Under the pieces are notes generated by a model, which was given only the letters and a program-made list of their open reading frames with translations, searched no databases and was not told the origin of the DNA. A stretch of 64,000 bases of DNA from an uncultured Bacteroides sp. GTDB lineage: Bacteria > Bacteroidota > Bacteroidia > Bacteroidales > Bacteroidaceae. A program made the translations under genes and the position numbers. The stretch covers positions 13,319-77,318 of the forward strand of contig CAMOWU010000001.1 in the NCBI GenBank assembly GCA_946628545.1, read 5' to 3'. Positions 27,737-36,008 of the stretch are shown one piece after another (position 1 is the first letter of the stretch; every line of letters begins with the position of its first letter).

Positions 27737-27898
27737 ATGAAAGTATATCAAAAACCCGATTTCAACGTAACAGAATACCAATTAGGCGGTCTTGTGGCTT
27801 TGTCGTGGAGCGACGAAGAAACCGACGAGGCACTCACAAATGAACGCATCGACAACTCAAGCAACTGGGAGGACGACTTCTGGGAGTCGCGTGAGTGA
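27737..27898 (+). CDS. Unlisted 53-codon ORF, small acidic hypothetical protein
   Basis: An ATG at 27737 gives MKVYQKPDFNVTEYQLGGLVALSWSDEETDEALTNERIDNSSNWEDDFWESRE with TGA at 27896-27898. It lies 27 nt after the GRE stop and before the operon terminator. It is below the 60-aa cut-off of the ORF track. Confidence 0.3.
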   Translation: MKVYQKPDFNVTEYQLGGLVALSWSDEETDEALTNERIDNSSNWEDDFWESRE

Positions 27899-27926
27899 TT
27901 CAAACGCGTGTTCTGTCAATCAGCAA

Positions 27927-27965
27927 AAGCAGGCATAGCCATCCACCGCTACGCCTGCTTTTTTG
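27927..27965 (+). terminator. Intrinsic terminator of the glycyl-radical operon
   Basis: aagcaggcatagc-catccacc-gctacgcctgctt forms a 13-bp stem with one mismatch, running into a tttttt tract. Confidence 0.7.
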
Positions 27966-27969
27966 CAAT

Positions 27970-28057
27970 CTGTAGGGACGCGACGTGTCGCGTCCGCTAT
28001 GACTCAACCACAACATACCGCGTCCGCTATGGCATCACCCACGCCACGTCCCTACAA
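27970..28057. repeat. REP-like composite element bounded by ctgtagggacg / cgtccctacaa
   Basis: The outer inverted repeats are tgtagggacg (27971-27980) and cgtccctaca (28048-28057). Inside are the palindrome ggacgcgacgtgtcgcgtcc and a direct repeat of gcgtccgctatg. A related half-unit lies at 20082-20106. Confidence 0.55.
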
Positions 28058-28120
28058 TCAATCAGCAAATCACAGGTTTAAAATAAAAATACGGACAGGA
28101 GCTATTGCCATCTCATTGAC

Positions 28121-28290
28121 CTTTAGCAAGTGAGGAATCGGCCTGAAAGGCCAATATCTCTTAGCCCAGGGCAACGCCCTGGGAATATGTAACCCAAACA
28201 ACCAGCGCCCTGAAAGGGCAAAATCATTTCTTTTATTCATGATGGTGCCCTTTCAGGGCGATTCTATCCGCTCATATTCACTTGCTAAAG
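28121..28290. repeat. MITE-like palindromic intergenic element, long copy (copy 2 of 2)
   Basis: The terminal inverted repeats are ctttagcaagtga and tcacttgctaaag. The 5' ~70 bp match copy 1. It also holds the mutually complementary pair gccctgaaagggc / gccctttcagggc. Confidence 0.75.
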
Positions 28291-28365
28291 TTGAATCATC
28301 TCACTTTAGTAGATGCAAAAAAATGATAAATTCAACGGAGTTGCGCCATAATTCAACTAAAAATG

Positions 28366-28373
28366 CTATATTT
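28366..28373 (+). promoter_or_regulatory. Bacteroidota -7 promoter box (TATATTTG)
   Basis: tatatttg lies 31 nt upstream of ATG 28404. This supports the internal start and argues against the listed start at 28239, which lies inside the repeat element. Confidence 0.45.
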
Positions 28374-28403
28374 GTAATCGCTAACCCAAAAACATATTCA
28401 AAG

Positions 28404-29033
28404 ATGAGAATTTCAACGATTTTACCAACTATCCTACTAAGCTTATGGGTTGCAAATGCCTCGTACGCACTTACACCTGAGCATCAGCCCAAAGGAGCTG
28501 AGCAAGCTATCAACTTGTCACAAGAAACGACCAAGAACAAGACCAAGACCGTGGAGATAGCCTCACTGCCTACATCCATGGAAGAGCTGCAGGCTATGCC
28601 TGGCATTGACCTCAAAGATGAATTCCAAGTGGCAGCCATCGTAGTGGCGGTCTTGTGCAACTACGAAAAAGACCCTCAGACCACATTGGAAATGATCGAC
28701 TTCCTCAATGGCCCGACCGACGTCAGCACCTACACCAAACAGTTTATACGCGACCGACTTGCCGGAAAGCAGTACAAAACCTTCTCATTCTTCCTTGGCA
28801 CCTCGCCTCAAAACAACTACCAGGCCAAGGCGCCCTACAAAATCAAGGTCAGCTCCAACCCCTACAGCTACCAGAACGAGAACTACGCCACACTCTACCT
28901 ACAGTCGTCGGGAGCCGACAACCCACGCCCCATCAGCCTGCGCAAAAAGCCCAGCACAGGACAATGGTTTGTCGTGGATTTCAATTTCCTTGCCGACATC
29001 CGTATTCCTGTAGAACAAGACGAATGGTACTAA
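28404..29033 (+). CDS. Hypothetical secreted protein (209 aa)
   Basis: The signal peptide is MRISTILPTILLSLWVANASYA. I recognise no catalytic or family motif. The stop TAA is the first unit of the second heptamer array. Confidence 0.55.
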   Translation: MRISTILPTILLSLWVANASYALTPEHQPKGAEQAINLSQETTKNKTKTVEIASLPTSMEELQAMPGIDLKDEFQVAAIVVAVLCNYEKDPQTTLEMIDFLNGPTDVSTYTKQFIRDRLAGKQYKTFSFFLGTSPQNNYQAKAPYKIKVSSNPYSYQNENYATLYLQSSGADNPRPISLRKKPSTGQWFVVDFNFLADIRIPVEQDEWY

Positions 29034-29115
29034 AGCCTAAAGTCTAAAGACTAAAGACTAAAGCCTAAAGTCTAAAGACTAAAGACTAAAGCCTAAAGAC
29101 TAAAGCCTAAAGTCT
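29032..29115. repeat. Heptanucleotide tandem array, 12 x AAAGNCT
   Basis: Read directly: aaagcct aaagtct aaagact aaagact aaagcct aaagtct aaagact aaagact aaagcct aaagact aaagcct aaagtct. The first eight units form a 28-bp higher-order repeat x2. The unit and orientation are the same as the array at 7931-7993. Confidence 0.95.
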
Positions 29116-29188
29116 ATGATTCTTATGGGGATGCAGCCCCTGGGCAGCATTCCCATTTTTACCTCAATCCTAAAAAAACAATAAAAAC

Positions 29189-32100
29189 ATGAAAGCAACC
29201 AGCATCACAGTGACACTCCCTGTGTCAAATTTAGAGAACAACCGTTTTATCGTCGTTTATCAAAACAAAAAATACAGCATCAGGCTGCATCCCTCGCAAA
29301 AAAACATTAACGAAGGCAGCGAACTGCCATTTATTGTCACCACAGACGAAAACGGGAATGTGACAATCAAGCAGAATTTCAAATCCAAATTAAGCGAAAT
29401 CTATAGAAAAGATGCCATTAAGGATTTTACGGTCAAGCGAGATTACAGGCCCAATGGCTCAGATTATGTGGAGATCATCGATGAATATGGTTTCACCACT
29501 TACTTACAACACCTCACCATCAACAAACCATTTATCAACGGACAGAAAATCAAATGCAAGGTCATTGGCATCACAACATCCCGCCCGATAGTCAAATACT
29601 TTTCTGAAGGCTACAACTCCGAAAAAGACATCAACGCACAATACATCGAACAACTCATTCTCCAGCAAAACAACACATCCGACGATTCCAGCACAGACGA
29701 GGCCGCTCTTGACGCCCCGACATGGGACATCAAGACCTTCGCCAACATGCTGCTATCCAACGAAAGCCATGGAGCCTTCAATGCCGAATGCCACCAGTGG
29801 GTACTCAACATCGCCAAGGAATCCGACAGCCAACCAGGACTGCTCACCACCATCAGGGAACAATGCAAAAACCTGCTGGAACGCTCTGAACTGCTGAAAA
29901 ACTGCTCGAGCGACAATGAGCGCGACTTCTTCCAAAACCGAATCACATTCATCATCGAACGAATAGGATACTTTGTGGAAGCCCAGAAGATGCTGAAGGA
30001 AAGCGAGAACAAGGACATGGACAAAGCCTCTGAGTTTGTGGACAACATCCTGGAGAAACTGAAATGTTCGGGCTTCATCTACCATCCCAACAAGAACTTC
30101 TCCATCATGACATGCCTCTTCCTGCTCTACCCCGAACTGATGAGGCAAAAAATAGAAAACCTTTTCGAAATCCTCCGCAACGACTTCCATCTTTGGCTCA
30201 GGGAACCTTTCAGAAGTGAGTTCATCAAGCAACTGGAGTTTTTCATCTCCATGACCACCCCCAAAATATCTCCTGCTGAAGGCATCAACCAAACCATCCA
30301 GGATGCGGTCTCAGCACTTGCACTCCAGCTGCTCTTGGCCAAAGACGACAGCGACGACGAACTCCTCGACATCGACGTCAACCGATCCATCTTCCTCCGG
30401 CTATCCTCCCACTTGGTGTCCAACAACTCAGACACAAAAGCTCTGCTCAAAGGAGCCTACATGAGCCTCATCGGAGTGAGGACCATCGGACAGTTCTACA
30501 ATGAGGAACAGACAAGCAACCCTGTGGGACTGGCTATTGTCACCGCCAACAACAAAGGCGTCAGGAACCTCAACGAGACACCTCCTAACGTGGAATTCAC
30601 CGGATCAGGGGTTGTGATGACATACAATAAGGAGGGATTCCGTTTCTATCCCGCCGACGCCGCCGAAACCAGCGAGAACGTACTGCCAGAGGGACTGCTC
30701 GACTGGAACACTTTCCGGGTATGTATTCCTATACAGAAAGGCACTAAACTAAAAAGCAACACCACCGACCTGTACCAGTACCACAAACTGTGGAATGATA
30801 TCGAATTGGGACTTTTCAGCCCCCACGAATCTGGCTCTAAAAAAGAGGCGAAGAAGCAAACAGCATGGGTCGGAGCCGAGGTGAAAGTCTTGATCACCCA
30901 CCAAGACCTGAAAGACAACAACAAATTCTACTGCCGAATCGTAGATGACAAATACACGGGGGAGGGATTCGTCTTCGTACAGTTCACCAAGAACAAGAAC
31001 AAACGAGGAATGGTGGGATACGACCCCAATCCAAACATCCAGTGCTTCATCAACAACAATGGACGACACATGCTGCTGGATGCAGAAGTGGTGGACAAAC
31101 TCGAGGATGGCACTTTGGAATTCTCCATGCGCGAGAAAATCAACCAAGCCCTTCTTGAAGTCGATTATATAGAGACCATACAATGCTCGGTGGGCAAGAA
31201 AGCCCCCAATGTGAGGACCTACCCAGCTGTCAGCTTCGAAGGTGAGTCCATTTCCATCGACGGCATACCCAAAGACATCACACTCAAACAAAACGACATC
31301 GTAGAGGTGAAACCCAAGAAATTCGACGGTGGATATGTGCACACAGAGTTCGTCCGCAAGTTGGAAGGGGTGACCTTCGACATCACCGACGCCTTTCGCG
31401 AACTCATGCTCTTCTACAGCAACGACGAGGAATACATCGACCCTGACTCCATAGTGGAGGTGGAAGACAACGAGTCGCTCGATGTCATCATCCCACCCAA
31501 GCACATCAACGAACTCATCGCCATTATCGACCGACTGTCCGTACTCGACAACGACTACGTGAAAGCCTACAACTATCTGGGAATTGCAGTCGTGCTGGCT
31601 CGAATGCTGGGCAACAATGAACAAGTCAGCTACTTCAAAAAACGCATGGAGATGATCCTACTGCTCCATGATTTCGCCAAGAACGACTCGGTGGATGAGG
31701 AGAGACTGAACAAACTCAAGGATATCGACAGTGACCTGTTTGAAAACTTCACCTTCTTGCGCACGAGAATGATGCAACTACAGATAGTCAGCTGCAAGGG
31801 ATCGATCTCAGCAGCCGACAACGAGTCGCTCTGGCGCATCATCAACAGCAACGAATATCAGGATTTGCATAAACTCGCCTCCTGCGTACTGGCCCACAAC
31901 CTCATGTACCACAACAACCTGATCGAGATTGCCGACACCATACACGCTGAGATGAAACGCCTGCTCAATCTCAAGGGAGAGATATCGGAGAAGAAATACT
32001 ACGGCAAGGAAGACCTCTACACGGAATTCAAGATGTCGTTGGTCATCCCTGAGAACAGCACCAAGTTTGATGCCAAGGCACAAACCCACAAGATCCTGGA

Positions 32101-33199
32101 GGAAATCTGCGCCATGCTCAATGCCAAGGGCGGACACCTCTATCTGGGCGTGAACGACATGGGCATCGGCAACGGCATCGCCGACGACCTGCAGTATGAA
32201 GCCTTCAAGGGCAGCGTGGATAAATACATGGTCTATCTCAACAACAACATCAGCAACCAACTGGGAGAACGAGCCGACCGATACTGCAATGTCACCGAGG
32301 ACACCTACAACGGCTTCACAGTCATCGACATCGCCATACGACCCGCCAAAGAACCCGTCAAACTCGATGGAGAATACTACGAACGGCGCAACACCTCCTC
32401 CCGAAAGGTGAAGGAAATCGAACAGTTCATCAGCGATTTCCAAGAGGAAAGAGCACTGATGGCACAGCACGCAGAGGAGGCTGATGAAGATGACAACGAT
32501 GACGACAGCCAATACGATGAGGCAGCCCACAAGACGGAGGAAACAGCCACACATAGTGAGGAAAGCCATGCAAGCACATCAAAAAGCTCCATGGTGGAGA
32601 AAATCGCTACCAGCCAGTGGAGAAACAATGCCCTGCACGACTACGAAGACAACTACCAGAACGACATCGTCGCCTACATTTATTTCACAGACGACGACAA
32701 CTTCAAGGTGACTTCAGAAGACACTTGGGAGGACGATGAGTCGAAGTTGGCATTGGTCGTCCACGAGGACGAGCAATCAGAGTATCTGATGATGGTCTAT
32801 GACGATGGCACCATCAACAAGGTGGATATGGAGGAGCTGCTTGAAAGGCGAAAAGACACATCCTATAAGTATGCCAACGGCAAGAAACTGGTCTTTGCAT
32901 GCCCAGCGAAAAACGATGACGCGCTGCTGATAGAAAACAAGGCCAAAAATGGCACGTCATACCTTCGGGTGGACGATATCAGCAACATGGAAGTGACAAA
33001 AATCAACAGCCCAGGTTTCATGACCACAGAGATTGAACTCGGAGACATCGTCAGGTGCGAGACCATACCAGCAGAGATGAAGCAGGGCCTCAACCTCAAT
33101 TTCTCGAAGAAGGCTTACGGATTCGTCAGCACTACGGAAGATGGCAAGAACGTACTCGATATCCTTCAAAGACTCGAACAGAGAAACAACGAAGCGTAA
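29189..33199 (+). CDS. Giant cytoplasmic hypothetical protein (1336 aa) with an AlbA_2/Schlafen-type putative nucleic-acid-binding core
   Basis: It has no signal peptide. Residues encoded at about 32008-32410 fit the AlbA_2 pattern (E.EFK...A..N..GG.L.LGV.D.G..G...P...PV..G.YY.R..SS): EDLYTEFKMSLV...ILEEICAMLNAKGGHLYLGVNDMGIGNGI...IDIAIRPAKEPVKLDGEYYERRNTSSRKV. An acidic linker (EEADEDDNDDDSQYDE) follows, then a beta-rich C-terminal domain. The N-terminal two-thirds has OB/S1-like stretches (GQKIKCKVIGITTSRPIV; VGAEVKVLITHQDL) and helical regions that I cannot assign. Confidence 0.7.
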   Translation: MKATSITVTLPVSNLENNRFIVVYQNKKYSIRLHPSQKNINEGSELPFIVTTDENGNVTIKQNFKSKLSEIYRKDAIKDFTVKRDYRPNGSDYVEIIDEYGFTTYLQHLTINKPFINGQKIKCKVIGITTSRPIVKYFSEGYNSEKDINAQYIEQLILQQNNTSDDSSTDEAALDAPTWDIKTFANMLLSNESHGAFNAECHQWVLNIAKESDSQPGLLTTIREQCKNLLERSELLKNCSSDNERDFFQNRITFIIERIGYFVEAQKMLKESENKDMDKASEFVDNILEKLKCSGFIYHPNKNFSIMTCLFLLYPELMRQKIENLFEILRNDFHLWLREPFRSEFIKQLEFFISMTTPKISPAEGINQTIQDAVSALALQLLLAKDDSDDELLDIDVNRSIFLRLSSHLVSNNSDTKALLKGAYMSLIGVRTIGQFYNEEQTSNPVGLAIVTANNKGVRNLNETPPNVEFTGSGVVMTYNKEGFRFYPADAAETSENVLPEGLLDWNTFRVCIPIQKGTKLKSNTTDLYQYHKLWNDIELGLFSPHESGSKKEAKKQTAWVGAEVKVLITHQDLKDNNKFYCRIVDDKYTGEGFVFVQFTKNKNKRGMVGYDPNPNIQCFINNNGRHMLLDAEVVDKLEDGTLEFSMREKINQALLEVDYIETIQCSVGKKAPNVRTYPAVSFEGESISIDGIPKDITLKQNDIVEVKPKKFDGGYVHTEFVRKLEGVTFDITDAFRELMLFYSNDEEYIDPDSIVEVEDNESLDVIIPPKHINELIAIIDRLSVLDNDYVKAYNYLGIAVVLARMLGNNEQVSYFKKRMEMILLLHDFAKNDSVDEERLNKLKDIDSDLFENFTFLRTRMMQLQIVSCKGSISAADNESLWRIINSNEYQDLHKLASCVLAHNLMYHNNLIEIADTIHAEMKRLLNLKGEISEKKYYGKEDLYTEFKMSLVIPENSTKFDAKAQTHKILEEICAMLNAKGGHLYLGVNDMGIGNGIADDLQYEAFKGSVDKYMVYLNNNISNQLGERADRYCNVTEDTYNGFTVIDIAIRPAKEPVKLDGEYYERRNTSSRKVKEIEQFISDFQEERALMAQHAEEADEDDNDDDSQYDEAAHKTEETATHSEESHASTSKSSMVEKIATSQWRNNALHDYEDNYQNDIVAYIYFTDDDNFKVTSEDTWEDDESKLALVVHEDEQSEYLMMVYDDGTINKVDMEELLERRKDTSYKYANGKKLVFACPAKNDDALLIENKAKNGTSYLRVDDISNMEVTKINSPGFMTTEIELGDIVRCETIPAEMKQGLNLNFSKKAYGFVSTTEDGKNVLDILQRLEQRNNEA

Positions 33200-33317
33200 A
33201 GAGAGGCAAGCAGGCAAGTATCCACTTACATCACCTATCAGAGGAGTTGAGTGAATAAAAAAACGGCTGCAAGCGCAAAAAAATTCCACGATTTCTTCCT
33301 ATAATCCAAAAAAAAAC

Positions 33318-33325
33318 TAAATTTG
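33318..33325 (+). promoter_or_regulatory. Bacteroidota -7 promoter box (TAAATTTG)
   Basis: taaatttg followed by cac lies 39 nt upstream of ATG 33364. Confidence 0.45.
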
Positions 33326-33363
33326 CACCCAATAGCGAATCAAACAATAAAGTAACGACAAGA

Positions 33364-33915
33364 ATGACAACAACAAAGAAACTATTTGCATTGGCAATCC
33401 TTGCCTTGATGCCCATGATCCAGACCATGGCACAAACCATTGAAGGAAAATGGAAAATGACGAAAGAGTCATTAGAAGCAATAAATGCAACCCCAGATGA
33501 AGGCGAAGCCGATATTTTCCTCGCTTTCGGACAAACCGATGTGAAACTAATCTTCCAAATTGAGATGTCCAACAGCGATGTGGGCACTATCGGTTTTGGA
33601 ATAGAGCTGCCTGGAGAGTACAAAGTAGAAGGCAATGTCATCAACAATACCTTCAACAGCGAAAAGGCCACAGCTGAGATCTTCAAACTCGACCTCAACG
33701 ACGAGATCAAGAAAACCTTGGAAGCCAGCGAAGAGATGAAAGCGCTTTTTCTCAAGACAATCACTTCCGAGCTCGACAAGAACAAACCAGAAATGATTGA
33801 AGGCGTGAAGATGATAGGAATGGGGCTCTCAACACTCAATATAGTCAAGAACGACGGAACGACACTCACCCTTTCCGCTAATGACAAGACTTTTGAGATG
33901 GTAAAGGTGGAATAA
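33364..33915 (+). CDS. Hypothetical small secreted protein (183 aa, lipocalin-like start)
   Basis: The signal peptide is MTTTKKLFALAILALMPMIQTMAQ, followed by TIEGKWKM. The gene has its own promoter box and its own terminator. Confidence 0.55.
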   Translation: MTTTKKLFALAILALMPMIQTMAQTIEGKWKMTKESLEAINATPDEGEADIFLAFGQTDVKLIFQIEMSNSDVGTIGFGIELPGEYKVEGNVINNTFNSEKATAEIFKLDLNDEIKKTLEASEEMKALFLKTITSELDKNKPEMIEGVKMIGMGLSTLNIVKNDGTTLTLSANDKTFEMVKVE

Positions 33916-33938
33916 CTCCATACATGCCAATCCTTTCA

Positions 33939-33975
33939 CTACGGCTCCTTCCCAGGAAGGAGCCGTAGTTTTTTT
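33939..33975 (+). terminator. Intrinsic terminator
   Basis: ctacggctccttc-cca-ggaaggagccgtag forms a 13-14 bp stem followed by ttttttt. Confidence 0.85.
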
Positions 33976-34316
33976 GCCCCTATTGCCGATTGTATCTACA
34001 AAATACATTCTACACCATGAAAAAAAGAAAATAATTTTTTGTTATTCCAAAAAAAGTGCCACTTTTGCAGTAAACTGACATGGAATGCGAAATCTCCAAC
34101 AAGTTCTCCCCCATCAATCATCAAACATCTTACATCCACCAGACAACGAACTTTAGCGCTGAAAAGCGTCCTCTTATCTGTGGCATATAGCCTGAATATG
34201 CCATCTACAGACTGACAAAAAAATTACACGCAAAAAAATTGCACGACTTTTGAATTTTTCATCATTATTTCTATATTACTATCGAAATATCGACAAATCA
34301 ATCAATCGGAAAAACT

Positions 34317-36008
34317 ATGGCAACTGGAAAAAGAAGAACAGCCGTATCGCCTTTGGAAGAAAAAATCCAAGACGAACTGAACAAGAACCTGGACTTGCTA
34401 TCTGCTATGGATAAGATTGCCAGTCATACAAGTGGCTGCAGTCTGACACAAAAAACGTTGGACGACATCAGACTGTTTACGAAAGTACTGGAAGAACGTA
34501 TGCACCTGACCGAACGCCAAGCCATCGTCTTCTCCATCTGTGTGGAACGAGGACCATACAATGTGGATTACAACGATATAGCATCCCACTTGGAAATCAG
34601 TAAGATTGAAGCCCTGAGGATGGGGAGAGAGGTGGATGAACTGGTACATCGACGCCTGCTGAGATACAGAAACGTGAAAGAGCAGAATGCGTTCGACGTG
34701 CCATCAGGCGTACTCAATGCCCTCAAACGAAATGAGAGTTTCGAGCCACCTAAAAGAGTGGGATTGACAGTAGAAGAACTCTTCTGCATCCTCGAACAGG
34801 ACTTCGAAGACCTGAACAACGACAATCTCTCTGCAAAAGAAATGAGATTGGGGGCACACCAGTTGCTGGAAGACAACAGTCACCTGCCTTTTGTGCAGAA
34901 ATTCAACAGGTTGGAGCTCGATGACGACGATGAAGACTGGTTGCTGATGCTCAAGTTCTGCCATCTATGTGTCAACAACAACGACAACCACATCCAATTC
35001 TGTGATATTGCTGATGTGTTTGAATACGACAGCGATTTCACTCACACAAAATTCGCATTAAGAAATGGAGTTCACATACTGATACGAAAAAAACTGATAG
35101 AATATACCTGTGAAGACGGAATGGTCAACCCCACTGTATTCAAGGTCACAGAAGCCACCAAAGCTGACCTGCTAAGCGATTTCAACCTGATGCCGACCGA
35201 GGAGAGAGTCTCAGGGCTCATCAAAGGCAAGGACTTGACGGAGAAAAAGTTGTTTTTCGATGAAGAAGTGGAGAAACAAGTGAAAGAACTCTCGACCTTC
35301 CTTTCAGACGAGAAGTACCGCGAGATTCACGAACGGCTAAAAAGCAAAGGGTTCCGACAAGGGTTTGCCTGCCTGTTCTATGGTGGACCCGGCACAGGAA
35401 AAACAGAAACTGTCTATCAGATAGCCAAAGCTACAGGAAGGGATATTCTGATGGTGGAAGTGCCACGACTGAAAAGCAAGTGGGTGGGAGATTCAGAGAA
35501 GAATGTGAAAGCACTGTTCAACCAATACCGCGAACTGGTCAGAAAATCCGCCATCACTCCCATCCTCTTCTTCAACGAGGCTGACGCCTTGTTTGGCACT
35601 CGTATGAACGGAGCCGTATCAGCTGTGGATAAGATGGAGAACACCATACAGAACATCATCCTCCAAGAGATGGAAGACCTCGATGGCATACTGATTGCAA
35701 CGACCAACCTCACTTGCAACTTCGACGCCGCCTTCTCGCGCAGATTCCTCTACAAGATAAGATTTGAGAAACCCACCACTGAGGCTCGCCAGCACATCTG
35801 GCACGAGATGATTCCCGAACTGACAGACAGCGAAACAATGTCGCTCGCCAAAAGTTATGATTTCAGTGGTGGACAGATTGAGAACATTGCCCGCAAGTTT
35901 GCCATCAACTGCATCCTCCACGGCGACAATGACTCACGTCTCGACACCATCCATTCGTACTGCAAGACGGAAAACATCGACGCAAAAACCAACAAAATAG
36001 GCTTCTAA
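34317..36008 (+). CDS. AAA+ ATPase (classic-clade AAA domain) with N-terminal winged-helix-like region
   Basis: Walker A is FYGGPGTGKTE and Walker B is ILFFNEADALF. The sensor/arginine-finger region is ILIATTNLTCNFDAAFSRRF. The N-terminal ~330 aa has two HTH-like segments (LTERQAIVFSICVERGPYNVDYNDIASHLEISKIEALRMGREVDELVHRRLL; ...ALRNGVHILIRKKLIEY). Confidence 0.85.
   Translation: MATGKRRTAVSPLEEKIQDELNKNLDLLSAMDKIASHTSGCSLTQKTLDDIRLFTKVLEERMHLTERQAIVFSICVERGPYNVDYNDIASHLEISKIEALRMGREVDELVHRRLLRYRNVKEQNAFDVPSGVLNALKRNESFEPPKRVGLTVEELFCILEQDFEDLNNDNLSAKEMRLGAHQLLEDNSHLPFVQKFNRLELDDDDEDWLLMLKFCHLCVNNNDNHIQFCDIADVFEYDSDFTHTKFALRNGVHILIRKKLIEYTCEDGMVNPTVFKVTEATKADLLSDFNLMPTEERVSGLIKGKDLTEKKLFFDEEVEKQVKELSTFLSDEKYREIHERLKSKGFRQGFACLFYGGPGTGKTETVYQIAKATGRDILMVEVPRLKSKWVGDSEKNVKALFNQYRELVRKSAITPILFFNEADALFGTRMNGAVSAVDKMENTIQNIILQEMEDLDGILIATTNLTCNFDAAFSRRFLYKIRFEKPTTEARQHIWHEMIPELTDSETMSLAKSYDFSGGQIENIARKFAINCILHGDNDSRLDTIHSYCKTENIDAKTNKIGF

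Noticed and set aside
28239-28403. The N-terminal 55-aa extension of the listed ORF 28239..29033.
   Set aside because: The extension begins inside the MITE-like repeat (28121-28290). A TATATTTG box at 28366-28373 and a canonical signal peptide starting at Met 28404 favour the shorter gene.
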